Below are positions 28,840 through 41,072 of a stretch of DNA of 64,000 nt, piece by piece. The number at the start of each line of letters is the position of its first letter. The stretch's first letter is position 1. Source of the DNA: Nitrospirota bacterium (GTDB lineage: Bacteria > Nitrospirota > UBA9217); assembly GCA_963818475.1 (NCBI GenBank), contig CAWFSF010000001.1, positions 1 through 64,000 on the forward strand, in the 5' to 3' direction. The position numbers and the translations under genes were made by a program. The notes below the pieces were generated by a model. It saw nothing but the letters and a program-made list of their open reading frames with translations. It ran no database searches and was not told where the DNA came from.

Positions 28840-29795
28840 TCAGGGAGCGATCTCCAGCACGATCTTGCCTCTCGCCTTTCCGGCTTCGCTGTACGCCAGC
28901 GCGTCCTTCACCTGATCGAGGCGGTACTTCCTGTCGATGACGACCCTGACCCTGCCCGTCACGACCTGGCCTGCCAGCCACACGAGGTCGACGCGGCTGG
29001 GCCTGACCAGGATGCGACCACGCCCTGCGTCCGTGAAGATACCGGGTCAGGTACTGATTCACGATGACGCCGGCCGAGGGAAGGGTGCTGATATAGATGC
29101 CGCGGTCGGCAAGCACCCGCCTGGCTTCGCCGAAGGTACGCTTTGCAACGGCATCGAAGATGATGTCGTACCGGGCGTCTCCTTGCGTGAAGTCCTCGCG
29201 CGTATGGTCGATGACCCGGTCCGCTCCGAGCGCCCTTGACGAGACTCGATATTGCCGGTGCTGCAGACGCCGGTCACGTCGGCGCCGAAGATCTTCGCGA
29301 TCTGGACAGCGAAATGACCGACCCCGCCTGCGGCGCCGTTGATCAGCACCTTCTTGCTGTAGCTCACCTGGCCTTTGTCGCGCAGCGCCTGGAGCGCGGT
29401 GACGCCCGCAATCGGGAGGCACGCGGCCTGCTCGAAGGAAAGTCCCGGGGCCATGGGGAAGACGGCTGCTTCCGGCACGCAGCAGAATTCGGCAAAGGCG
29501 CCCAATCTCCTGATGCCCGGCCGGCCGATCACGCGGTCGCCGGCCTTGAACCGCCGGACTCTGCTGCCGACCGCGGCGACCACTTCACCGGCACATTCGT
29601 TGCCCAGCACTTTCGGGAACCGTCTGCCGGTGAGGATCCTGGACCTGGCCGGACCTGACCTTCCAGTCCACGGGATTGACGCTTGCGGCGCGGACCTTGA
29701 TCAGGACGTCGTCGGGACCGCATGCGGGAATCGGCATCTCCCTTGATCTCGACCACGTTGTTCGCGCCGTACTCGTTGAAGACAGCTGCTTTCAT
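28840..29795 (-). CDS. NAD(P)-dependent medium-chain dehydrogenase/quinone oxidoreductase (frameshifted)
   Basis: MKAAVFNEYG, GAFAEF, AACLPIAGVTALQAL, VLINGAAGGVGHFAVQIAK, GKARGKIVL. Confidence 0.9.
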
Positions 29796-30592
29796 GATGC
29801 TCCACCGTCGAAAGACACGTCTTCTTTGAGTATAGATAACGGCCGGAGCCCCGTCAAGACAAGGGCCGGCCTCAGTTCCGGAAGGATATGCCGAGGTCCT
29901 TCGCGGAATCCTTTAAGGATAGCGGCCGCAGCCTCTTCCCGGGGAAGTTCGAGCCCCAGTTCCCGCCGAAGGCTCGTCACCCGAGTCGCCGGTGCGCGCG
30001 CCGCGGATCACCTCCGCCTCGAGCACGAGGGTCGTGGTCCAGCAGGATGGAGCCGTGCTGCAGGAAGGCGCCGCTTAGCCCTGCGCTGAGCGCTGCCCGC
30101 TATCTTGCGGTCGCCGACGAGGATCTCGTACCATGACGGGGAGGAAAAGCAGGCAGGGTCCCTTGAGGCGGGGTGAACCAGCGAGGAGTGCCGTCCGCCG
30201 CGGGAGACCATCTCCGCGGGAAGGCCCAGCGCCCGGAGGCCGGCGACCAGGCCGGCGGCGATCACCTTGTAGGTTCCGAGCACGTCGCCGGGAAAGAGAG
30301 GATCGTCGGTGCGCGCGACAATGCTGTAGGTCAGTTCATGACGGTGCAGCACAGCCCTGCCTCCGGTGACCCGTCGCACGATGTCGAAGCCGAGCTCGCC
30401 GGCAGGCCGCGGCGTCGACAGCGGTGCCCATGTCCTGGAACCGGCCGACCGACACGGCCGGAGGATTCCAGGCGTAGAGCCTGAGAACAGGCCGCGTTCG
30501 CCCGCCTGCGCCCGCGCGAGGAGCTCTTCGTCAACAGCCATGTTGTAGGCGGCGGTGTTCGCCCCGGTGTCGAGATATTTCCAGTGATTCAT
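29792..30592 (-). CDS. Lipoate-protein ligase/octanoyltransferase (LipM/LplA family; frameshifted)
   Basis: NMAVDEELL, IVRRVTGGRAVLHRHELTYS, ACFSSPSWYEI, KIAGSAQRR, LQHGS. Confidence 0.9.
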
Positions 30593-30599
30593 AATTTAA

Positions 30600-30725
30600 T
30601 TGATAGCCTTGTAAAAAGTCGGGTTAACCACAGAGCCCGCAGAGGGAAACGCGAAGTCTTTAATATCTTTTTCTCCGCGTCTCAGCGTCTCAGCGGTGTT
30701 TTGACTTCCTACGAAGGGATCATCA
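30600..30725. repeat. MITE/REP-like palindromic element
   Basis: TTGATAGCCTTGTAAAAAGTC ... GACTTCCTACGAAGGGATCATCA ends with internal 9-nt periodic CACAGAG/CGCAGAG units. Confidence 0.55.
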
Positions 30726-30869
30726 GATGAGGATCTGATTCGAATGTGCGGCGTGGGATAATTCTACTAGAGTCGCGCGGCTTTGGCAAGCAACCGGGGA
30801 ACTGCACGGCGTGCCGCAAGGGTGTCGATAAAAGGAGAGTTGGAGAGACGCCGATCGGGTTGCGTAATC

Positions 30870-31795
30870 CTACTTGACGTACAGCGAGGGTTCCTGGTTG
30901 GGCCGTGTCTTGAAGCGGCGGTAGGACCACATGTACTGCTCCGGCATCTCGCGCACCCACTGCTCGATCTCGCGGTTCATGCGGGCGGCGTCGGCAACGG
31001 GGTCGTCGGTGGGAAAATTCTGCGAGCGCCGGGTAGAGGCGCACCTCGAAACCCTTCCCGTAAGGCAGTATCCTGCTGACACAGGGCACCACAGCGGCAT
31101 TGGTGCTCTCGGCGATCCTGCTGAGCGCGGTGACCGTGGCCGCGGGAATGCCGAAGAACGGCACGAACACGCTGGCGCGCTCGCCCATGTCCTGGTCGGG
31201 CAGGTAGTAGAACGGCCGGCCTTGCCGCGTATGTAGCGGATCAGCGACTTGAGGTTCGCAAGCCGGTCCACGAGCACCGCGCCGGTCCGGGTCCTGCGCT
31301 GGAACAGGTACTCGAGCAGCGGATCCCGCGCCTGCCGGTACATGCAGACCAGGCTTTTGTCGTAGCCCGCGCGCATGCCCCCGATGTCGAGGGTAATGAA
31401 GTGGGGCGCCAGCAGGATGATGTTCTTCCCCGCGGCGCGCGCTGCATCGAAGTTCTCCTGGCCCTCCAGGCGGACGACGCGCTTGAGCCTCCAGAGCGGG
31501 CGCGAAGAACGTGATGCCCAGGCTCAGGATCGCGAGCCCGCAGTACGCGAAAATGACGACGCACGAGCTTGCCGCCGCTCTGCCGGAGCTCAGGTCGGGA
31601 AAGCAGAGCTCGATGTTCCGTGCCGCGATGCGGCACCCGGACGAGGGCATCAGCGAGAAGAGCCACCCGAGCACGCTGCCCAGGACCCAGAGCAGGCGGA
31701 CGGGAAGCCACGCCGACAGGACGAGCAGGCCCAGAACCGGCCAGGCGTACCAGTACCGGGGATGGAGGAAGGTTTTGAGGGAAACAGGAGGTCAT
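30870..31795 (-). CDS. Lipid A late acyltransferase (LpxL/LpxM family; frameshifted)
   Basis: RIAARNIELCFP, ILLAPHF, YYLPDQD, FVPFFG, PEQYMWSYRRFKTRP. Confidence 0.9.
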
Positions 31796-31921
31796 AGACG
31801 CTTAGCCACGAAGGACAGAGTTCACAGAGGCAACGAAGGCGGCTGTGCTTCAGGTGTTCATTTCGCCGCGGGCTTCTCTGTGTCCTCTGAGTCTCTGTGG
31901 CAAAAAGATTTTCAGACAAAA

Positions 31922-31951
31922 AAGCCTGAGGATCATCCGACCCTCAGGCTT
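31922..31951 (-). terminator. Intrinsic terminator of the rhodanese-RND operon
   Basis: AAGCCTGAGG-loop-CCTCAGGCTT followed by a T run on the minus strand. Confidence 0.7.
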
Positions 31952-31992
31952 GAAATGTTTCGATCCGCTCACGGCGGATTCCTTTAGATGCC

Positions 31993-32193
31993 TCAGCCCC
32001 CGCCCCAGGAGGCGCCGCCCCCGGTGCCGCAGCTCGAATGCTCGCCGCCGGGAGACGAGAACTTGGAGAGCACTTTCTTCGCTTTTTTCTCGTTGCAATA
32101 AGGACAGACCGTGTCCTCGGCCTTTGCGGTCATGGACTGCAGCAGCACGAAGTCCTTTCCGCACAGCTCACAGACGTATTCGTAGAACGGCAT
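31993..32193 (-). CDS. FmdB-family zinc ribbon protein
   Basis: MPFYEYVCELCG...CPYC..KKVLSKF. Confidence 0.9.
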   Translation of the reverse strand: MPFYEYVCELCGKDFVLLQSMTAKAEDTVCPYCNEKKAKKVLSKFSSPGGEHSSCGTGGGASWGGG

Positions 32194-32221
32194 GGTGGAC
32201 TCCTTCACTTTCCTGAAAAAA

Positions 32222-32447
32222 CTAGCATTTGCAGCGCTCGCGTGCCCCGAAAGCGTAGAGTATAATACTCATCGGGCAGAAACCTGTCAAGGCAAAAATC
32301 GTGAGCATGACGCCCACGAACCCTGAAAAATAGAACCATGCCGGGCTCACCGTGAAGCCCGAGCACCACACTGCCCGCAACGAACACCCCGGCAAGAAGC
32401 CGGATCAGCCTTTCCAGATACCATGTCTTTGTGTCTGCGATGTACAT
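32222..32447 (-). CDS. DUF2892/YgaP-like small membrane protein (frameshifted)
   Basis: LERLIRLLAG...FALTGFCPMSIIL. Confidence 0.85.
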
Positions 32448-32517
32448 CGTTTCCCTCCTTGTTTCTCTAACCGGTTCAAACCGTCCAAGCGGTTTGATCT
32501 CGTTCAAGCTGTTTCCT

Positions 32518-32953
32518 TTATAGGCACACGAACGGCGCTTCGCGGTCTTTTTGCGCGAACCGGGCGTAATGCGGCGAGGTGTAGATGTCCATCAGCATGT
32601 GTCGGGTGACCACGCCCGCGTATTTGCCGTTGTTCACGATGAGGACCACGGAGCAGCAGTTGTTGTTCAGCATCATCTGGATCAGCTCCTCGGGAGAGGT
32701 GCTGATGTCCGCAACGAGCGGAGCCTTTACCATGAAGCGTCGTCGCGGTGACCTGCTCCAGATCGAGCGACTGACGGATCGCACCGAGGATGGCCTGCTC
32801 GGTCGCGATTCCCAGCACTTCCTGCGGCTTCGTTCACGAACCGGGAGCGCTGCAACCCCGGAGGAGATCATCTTGAGCGCGATATCCTGCCCTGTGGTCG
32901 TCCGGGCTTACGCTGATCTTCTCTTTCATGATGTGCCATGCCTGTATTGCCAT
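32518..32953 (-). CDS. CBS domain pair protein (frameshifted)
   Basis: HIMKEKISVSPD, MISSGVAALPV, LGI.TEQ, GKYAGVVTRH. Confidence 0.75.
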
Positions 32954-33006
32954 TGTGCATTCCTTTCTTATTCCGCTCAAGCTTCCGCACTCCGCATTCG
33001 TTACTG

Positions 33007-33752
33007 TCACAGCCTCTCCCACTGGCTGGTATCGGGATTGAACGCCTCACCGAAGGCGGTGACCTCCTGCTCCAGACCGGTCTCGTACCCCTCGCTCAGA
33101 CCGAAGTTCACCAGCATCTTGATCGGCCCGCAGCGAGCTCAGGCTGTTGCCGGCGATCCTGTTGGCCAGCCGGCGAGCCTCTTCGTCCAGCGCATCAGCA
33201 GGCACGATCTTATTGACGAGGCCGATCCGCAGCGCTTCGTCGGCGTCCACGGTCCGGCCGGTGAAGAGAAGCTCCTTTGCCCGCCCCACGCCGATCGTCT
33301 TGTACAACCGCTGGGACGATCCGAAGATGGGCGGCACGCCGAACCGGGCTTCCGGGAACGAGAACACGCGCATCCGAGGATGCGATGCGTGATATCCGCG
33401 GCCAAGGGCGAGGCCCAGGCCCGCTCCGGTCGTCTCGCCCTTGACCGCGGCGATCACCGGGACCGGCAGGCTTTCGATATGCTTGAGCAGATTGTGACCC
33501 ACCTCTGCAACATGCCGAGCCTCGTCCCTGGTCATCTTGACGAACTTCGGTGTAATCGATGCCCGTCGAGAAGTTCCGGCCCTTGGCCGTGAGCAGGACG
33601 ACCCGCAGCTGAGACTGCTCAGCGTAGACCTCGCTCACGGTCCTGTTCAGCTGGGACAGCACCTCCCTGTCCAGCTTGTTGTCCGGCGGATTATCGATCG
33701 TGACCGTGCTGATCCAGTCCTTGCAGTCTATAGTTACGCAGGCGTTTGACAT
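33007..33752 (-). CDS. Enoyl-CoA hydratase/isomerase (crotonase) family protein (frameshifted)
   Basis: TVTIDNPPDNKL, NFSTGID, PVPVIAAVKG, FPEARFG, ELLFTGRTVDADEALRIGLVN. Confidence 0.85.
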
Positions 33753-33852
33753 TGTTCCTCCATTCGAATCGCAGCGATGCGATCATGCTAACCTCTCGCA
33801 CGAAGGGTCTGACAGGCGCTTCTTATTTTGCACTCTGCATTCGCATTCCGCA

Positions 33853-36800
33853 CTAGGCCTTCTCCCAGTGCCTCTTCTCTACCATATAGTAGAACAGCGG
33901 GATCACGATCAGGGTGAGCGCCGTCGATGCGAGCATGCCGAAGATGAGCGCCAGGGCCAGTCCGGACCAGACCGGGTCGGTCACGATCACGGCGGAGCCG
34001 AGAATGGCCGCAGCAGCGGTCAGCACGATGGGCCGGGTCCGGATCGCGCCTGCCTCGATCAGGGCCTGCTCGAGCGGCATCCCCTCCTGCTTCTTGTCCA
34101 GGATGAACTCGAGCAGCACGATCGAGTTCCTGACCACGATGCCGGCCAGGGCGATGACGCCGATCATCGAGGTGGCGCTGAAGTAGACCCCGGTCATGGC
34201 GAAGCCCGGGCATGATGCCGATCATCGAGAGCGGGATCGAGGCCATGATGATCAGCGGGATCGTGAAGGACCGGAAGCGGCCCACGAGCAGCAGGTAGAT
34301 CGCGATCAGGGCCACGCCCATGGCAGCGCCCAGGTCGCGGAACACGTCGAGGGTCAGCTTCATTTCGCCGTCCCACTTGATCCGGTAGCCCTCGGGCAGC
34401 GGCTGCTTCCGGAGATGTTTCATCATGTCCATCACCGCGTACACCTGGCTCCGCGCACCCATCTCGCCGTACACGTACGTGACCGGTTCGAGGTTCTTGT
34501 GATAGATCGCCTTGTCCATCTCGGACGGCACGATCCGTGATGAGCGAGGAGAGCGGCACCTGGCTGCCCTGCCGGCTCATGAGGTAGACCTTGTCCATGT
34601 CGGCAAGCCCCGTCCGCTGGCCCTTGGGCAGCCGCAGCATGATCGATACGGGGTTCTTCGCGTCGGGCCGGTGCAGGGTCGAGACCGCCATGCCGGCTAC
34701 GGACAGCCGGAGCGTCTGCACGATCTGCTCGGTCGAGACGCCGGCGAGGGCGGCCTTTTCCTTGTCCACGATCAGCTGGTACTTGTCCTGCTTCTCCTTC
34801 ACGCTGTCGTCGATGTCCACCACCTGGTCGGTCTTTGCGAAGAGTGCCTTGATGTCCTGAGCGATCCCGCGCTGTTTGTCGTAGTCGGGGCCGTAGATCT
34901 CGGCCACCACCGTCGCCCGTACCGGCGGTCCCGGCGGGTCCTCGACAAGCTTGATGTTCGCTCCGTACTCCTGCGCCATCCGTGTCGATATCCGGCCTGA
35001 TCTTGAGCACCAGCTTCTCGCTCGAGATGCGTCCGCTCCTCCTTGTCCACCAGGTTCACCCGGATGTCGGCAAAATGGCTTGCCTCGCGGAACGCGCCGC
35101 CCCGGAGCAGCCCGTTGAAGTCCATGACCGACCCGGTGCCCGACGAAGGTCTCGTAGTCCTTCACTTCCGGGATCCGGAGCAGGTAGTCGCCCACGGCGC
35201 GCGCCACCCGGTCCGTGTTCTCCATCACCGTGCCCGCGGGCATGTCGATGGATACGAGGAAGGTGTTCTTGTTCGCCTTGGGCAGCATCCGGAACTTGAC
35301 CCACTGGAACAGCGGGAAGCTCATGGTCACGAGAAAGACGACGGCGATGACCGCGAGGAAGAGCCTTGCGCTTGCCGGCGTTCGCGAGCAGCGGCCCCAG
35401 GACCTTCTTGTAGATCCGGTAGATCCTCGTCTCTTCCAGCGACGGACGGATTCCCGTCATGGTGTTCCGCCTTCATCAGGCGATAGCTCGCCCAGGGCGT
35501 CACGATGAACGCGACGAAGAGCGACGTGACCATGGCAACGGGCACGTTGAAGGGGATCGGCATCATATAGGGCCCCATCATGCCGGTCACGAAGGCCATG
35601 GGAATGAAGGCGAGCACCACCGTGAGCGTCGCGAGGATCGTGGGCATGCCGATCTCGTTCACGGCCAGGATCGCGCCCTGGAGCCGGGAATGCTGCTGCA
35701 GCTTGTAATGCCGGTGGATGTTCTCGACCACCACGATGGCGTCGTCCACCAGCAGGCCCGAGCGACAGGATCAGGGCGAACAGCGTGATCCGGTTGATCG
35801 TCTGGCCCGCCACCATGCCGATGCGCGAGGGTGATGAACAGCGTGAGCGGTATGGCGAGCGCCACGATCGCGGCCTCGCGCCAGCCCAGCGTCAGGAACA
35901 GCAGGATGATCACCACGATGATGGAGACCACGAGATGGAACACGAGTTCGTTCACCGCGTCGTTCGCGGTCTTGCCGTCGTTCCGGGTTACCGTCACCGT
36001 GATCCCCGACGGGAGCTGGGTCTTTCTGAGCTCCTCCACCTTGGCGAGGATCTCGTTCGACGATCTTGACGGCGTTCAGCTTCTGCCGCTTCGCAAGCGC
36101 AACGGTCACTGCAGGCTGCTCGGCGCTCTCGGCATCGGTCGTAGACGGCTTCCTTCGCGTGATGCTGCGGATTGAAGGCGATCCGGGTGAGTTTGACCGT
36201 CTCCTCGAACCCGTCGGTCACCTCGGCCACGTCGCCGAGGTACACCGGTTTTCCGTTCGCAACCCCGACGATGGCATTTTTCACATCGCTCGCCTTCTCG
36301 AAGAACCCTCCCGTCTCGAGCGCGAGTTTTTTGCTCCCCTGCTCGAGGTCGCCCGAAAGCAGGTTTGCGTTCGAAACGCGTGATGGCCTGCGAGATCTGG
36401 AGCGGCGACAAGCCGTACCCGGCTATCCGCTGCGGGTCCAGCGTCACCCGCACCTGGCGGCTCCTGCCGCCGATCACCAGGGAGTTGCCCACTCCCGGAA
36501 CCTTTCTGAGCTCGTCCAGCATGTGGTCGGCCACGAGCCTGAGCTGCGCGTCGTCGTAATTCGTTCCCGGTTTTCCCGACAGCGTGAGCGCCACGATCGG
36601 CACATCGTCCACGTCGATGGGCTTCACCAGCGGCTGTGACGCTCCGGGGGGCGCGAAGTCCATGTTGGACATGAGCTTGTCGTAGAGCTTTACGAAGGAG
36701 CGTTCCTTGTCCTGCCCCACGTAAGAACTTGACGGTCACGACCGCCAGGGAGTTCATGGAGACGGAGTAGACATCCTCCACGCCGGGAATCTCCCAGAGC

Positions 36801-37025
36801 TTCGCCTCGAGCCGCTTGGACACCAGCTCTTCCACTTCTTTGGCGCTCGCGCCCGGCAGCTGCACCATGACGTTCGCGGCCGGCACCGTGATCTGCGGGT
36901 TCTCCTCGCGCGGCGTGAACCAGAGCGCAAAGAGCCCGAGCGATGGCCGTTGCCGCCATCAGCAGCACCGTGAGCTGTGAGTTGATGAAGTATTCGGTTA
37001 TTTTTCCGCTGATATTCAGTTTCAT
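33853..37025 (-). CDS. RND efflux permease (AcrB/AcrD/AcrF family; frameshifted)
   Basis: [51 protein letters not shown]. Confidence 0.93.
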
Positions 37026-37141
37026 GTTCTACACTTTGAACAGTACTGCGATGCAGATGACGCAGGGTTACTGCGCAAAATAACGTACAAGCTTAAGTCG
37101 TGCATGTTATTCGCCTCCGCATTCCGTGTTCCAGCGCGTCG

Positions 37142-38244
37142 CTACTCGGAAGCTATACTTTGCGCAACAACGACCTTTCTGCCGTCGATCCTGCGCTCAT
37201 GCCTGCTCACGACCACCCGGTCCCCGGCCTTGAGGCCGGTGACCGCTTCGAGCTTATCTCCCTGGACATCGCCGAGCTGGACCATCTGGAACACGGCGTT
37301 CCCTTCGGCAGATACGATGTAGACGCCGGTCAGGCCGCCCATCTCCACGACCGCCGAGCGCGGCACCAGGATGGCTTCGCGCTTGCCCATGCTGAAGAAA
37401 GCCTTGCCGTACATGCCCGGTGATCAGGCCGTCGTCGCGCGGGAATATCGATCTTCACGATGAACGAATGGGTCCTGATATCCGAGGCCGGCACGACCTG
37501 CGCCACGCGGCCCTTGATCTCCTTGTCCGGCAGCGCATCGATCCTGACCGTCACGGCCTGGCCCGGCCGCACGAACCGGAGGTCCTGCTCCTTCACGGTC
37601 ACTTCGAGCCTGCAGATTCCGGTTGTCCTCGATCTTGAGAATCGGCTGGCCCGGAAGCGCCATTTCTCCGAGGTTGATCTTCTTTTCCACGATCTGTCCG
37701 GAGATCGGCGCCGTGATCGTCGTGTAGCTTTCCATGGCCTTTGCCGCGTTCAGACCCGCCTTGGCCGATTCGAGCCCGAGCGTTGCCTGGTCCATCTCCA
37801 TCTGCGTGGCTGCCTTTTCATCGAAGAGGGTCTTGATCCGGTCGAACTGGAGTTTGGCGTTGTTGTAGGCGGCCTGGGCCTGGTAGGCCTGGGCCGCTAT
37901 CTCGCCGCTCTCGATCTTCATCAGCAGTCTGCCCTGGCGCAACGTGGTCTCCTTCGTTCACGGTCAGCTCCACGACCCTGCCCATCACCTTGCTGGACAG
38001 CACCGAGGTGTTGCGCGAGCTGAGGGCGCCCGCAGCCGAGACCATGGCGTCGATCTTCCGGGGCTCGACCGTCATCGCCGATACGGGAGGCGACGCCTCT
38101 TCCTGTGCCGGTTCGGCTCCTGCCGTGACTTTCCCGAAGCTCATGGTGCCGATCCCGAGCAGCAACAGCAACTGCGATCAACGCTCCTGCTATCATCTTC
38201 ATATCCATCTGCATATCTTTTTCTTTTACGGTTTGAATGTTCAT
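37142..38244 (-). CDS. RND periplasmic adaptor (MFP; frameshifted)
   Basis: LSSKVMGRVVELTVNEGD, TITAPISGQI, GMYGKA, ILVPRSAV, GLKAGDRVV. Confidence 0.9.
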
Positions 38245-38331
38245 ACTAGATCTCCTGTATCCAGAACGCAGGCTAAACCCGCTGAGCTGCCTATCTTTGT
38301 ACTGGTTCACTTCCGCACTCCGAACTTCGTA

Positions 38332-39698
38332 CTACAGATGTTCCCGTCGCCAGCTTCAGCTCTGCCAGGGCAAGGTTGTTGTCGTACACCGCCTGCAGCG
38401 CGTTCGTCCGCGCCCGGATCAGGGCGTTCTCGGCTCCCAGCACATCGACGAAGCGTTGTCATGCCCGTTTCGTATCGTTTCTGGATGATCCGCAGGCCTT
38501 CTTCCGCTTCCTGCACCGACGTATGCAGTGGCGGCGATCCGGTCGAGCGACGCCGCGGCCGTGTAATACGCCTGCCGCACCTGGAGCTGCACGCCCTCGC
38601 GGGTCTGCTCCTCCAGGGACTTCATCCGGCTGCTCTGGGCGACCGCCTCCTTGACCTTGGACCGGGTGACCAGTCCGTCGAAAAGGTTCCACTGCAGCAC
38701 GCCCATGACGCGCCCAGCTCTTGGCATCGTCTCCCGCCAGCCTTCGCGCTGTTCCAGTCCACCTGACCCATCAGGTTCAGGGTCGGCAGATAATCCGTCC
38801 TTGCCATGCGTCACCGACTTTTCCGCGTTCTTCCGGTTCAGCTCCATGGCTGCGAGGTCCGGCCTGTTTGCCTGCGCCTCGCCCAGCGACGCGCGGCAAG
38901 GTCTGTCTTGAGCTCCTGCGGGGCCAGGCCTCCTGCGACCTCGTACTCGTTCGCCTGGGGCACTCCCATGGCAAAGTTCAGACCTGCGGCCGCCGAGCAC
39001 GGACCGCGTTTTCCGACCGGGTGACCATCTCCCTCACTTCGGCATACTGGACCTTTGCCCGCAGCAGGTCGGACTGCAGGACCGCGCCGGCCTTGTACCG
39101 GGCTTCGGCCAGCTTGAGGTTCGCGCAGCTGGTCTCGAGGGATTGGAGCAGCCACCCGGTTGTGCGCCTTTGCCAGCAGCAGTCCGTAGTAGGCCTTTGA
39201 TCACGTTGAAGACCGTTTCCTGCCGGGACCGCTCACGCTGACTGATCGCGGCCTCGTGCCCCAGCTTTGCCTGAGCCCTGCCGATGTATTCCCTGCCTCC
39301 GTTGAACAAGGGGCTGCATGACCGAGAGCCGGGTGTTGTAGTTCGAGATCGGCTCCGGATGGTTCATGACCCGGGGATCGAAATCTGAGGGGCCCACGAT
39401 CTCCTGGTTCAATTTCGTTCCCAGCACCATCAGGGGATTGTCGGTCTTGCTCCAGGTCTCCGACAGGTTCACTTTGGGCAGGAAGCCTGAGGCGGACCGA
39501 AGCGCGCTCGCATCGGCGGCCTCGACCTGGGCGTCTGCGGCCTTGAGGCCGGGATTGCTGCGCGAGGGCCAGGGCCACGGCTTGTTCAAGCGTCAAGGTC
39601 TCTGCTGCGTAACTGTAGGATAGCGACCAGCGAGCGTCGAGCAGCACGATCAGCAGTCACGATCGCCGCCGATGATGAGCTCTTTTGCACCGCCTCAT
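38332..39698 (-). CDS. TolC-family outer membrane efflux protein (frameshifted)
   Basis: LTLEQAVALAL, SGFLPKVNL, YLPTLNL, LQWNLFDGL, VRQAYY, RYETG. Confidence 0.88.
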
Positions 39699-40036
39699 GT
39701 TCACACCCTTGACAGTGCAGCATACCCGGACATGTTCCATAGCATGATCCCGCCTTCGAGATTCTTGACCGATAACCCTGCTGAGCAAGAAATGCGCATG
39801 CATAAGCGCTTCGATTTCCGACCCTGCAATAGACCACGATCTCCTTGTCGCGCGGCAGTTCCTGCAGCCGGTGCCCCAGATCCTGGACCGGAATAAGGTG
39901 GGAATTATCAATGGCCCCTGCAGCGTTCTCCTGAGGTGTCCGCACGTCGAGCAGGAGGAAATCGTTCCCGGACTGCACCATGCGCTCAAGATCCGTCGGT
40001 CCGATGTTCTGGCATCTGTAATGTATTGAAGAACAT
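39695..40036 (-). CDS. Rhodanese-like sulfurtransferase (frameshifted)
   Basis: LLDVRTPQE, IVVYCRVGNRS active-site loop, NLEGG. Confidence 0.9.
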
Positions 40037-40148
40037 AGCTTGCCTCCTTGCTAGGAAAAGCAGGAACAATGGACACCGCCAGGGGAACCTCCCGGGGAGG
40101 AGGAAGGGGGAATGACAGTGCCCATTGTTCACGCTGTCCTGCATCTAC

Positions 40149-40164
40149 TTCAATTACCGTGCCA
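40149..40164 (-). promoter_or_regulatory. Candidate sigma54 promoter of the rhodanese-RND operon
   Basis: TGGCACGGTAATTGAA: perfect -24 element, -12 GA variant; upstream repeats CGACATTTTTGT/CGACACTTTTGT at ~40298-40341 as possible activator sites. Confidence 0.6.
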
Positions 40165-40404
40165 ATGCTAAACGCCTTGTTTCTGCTGATGGTACGGAAA
40201 TTTATTTGTACATCACTGCGGAAATTTTTGTCGAGCAGAACGAGCGGTCATAAACAATGTTGTCGTTTTATTCAGTGTTTTCAGGCGATTTAGCGTTCGA
40301 CATTTTTGTCTCGTCGCTGCAATGGAAACGACACTTTTGTTGACATCCTTTAGTCGGCTGTGTTATTGTTCGGTGTACGAAAAAGGGCGCAGAAGGAGGG
40401 AAAT

Positions 40405-40895
40405 ATGAAAAAACTTCTTGTCATTTCATTTGCAGCAGCATTGCTTTGCTCTCGGGGTCCAGTTCGCCACCGCCCAAGAGGAACTCTTTGATACAAAGGC
40501 AGCTGGAGAATATCTGGAAAAGGGACTTGTCCAACTGCGGACCAAGCACGTTGAGGCTGCCATCGACGCGCTCGAGGAATCCGTCGCGATAGCGCCGGAG
40601 GCGGAGGCCTATTATTATCTGGGTTATGCCTACTACCTGAAGGGCAGATCCGGAGACACCGAAAGCGGAAAGCTCTCTATCGAAAGCTTCGAGAAGGCTT
40701 ATGAACTCGACCCGGCATTCACACCGAACACAAATTCAAGCCGGCCGAGGCGGCCATTCCCGCCGAAAAAGGCGGAGCCCGAGCCTAGGCACCGCCCGCA
40801 GAACAAGCTCTGGTCGAGGCAAAAGGATCTGCACCCAGCGAGCAGCAGATAGCTCAACACCAAAAACCGTAATCCAGCCTGTCCCTCACGCTTGA
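40405..40895 (+). CDS. Secreted TPR protein (frameshifted)
   Basis: SD AAGGAGG, MKKLL signal, AEAYYYLGYAYY, FEKAYELDP. Confidence 0.75.
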
Positions 40896-41072
40896 AAAAT
40901 ACCATATACCCGGCGGCTGTCCCGCCGGCTCGCCGGCATTTCTATCTCGTTCTATGCTCTTTTCTTTCCTCTCTTTAGTATCACCGTCTTTTCGCTCAAT
41001 TGACTGCTCCTTTCAGTTGTGCTATGAAAGGTATAGCGACTTTTAGCATACTTATCACAGGAGTGCAGCCGT

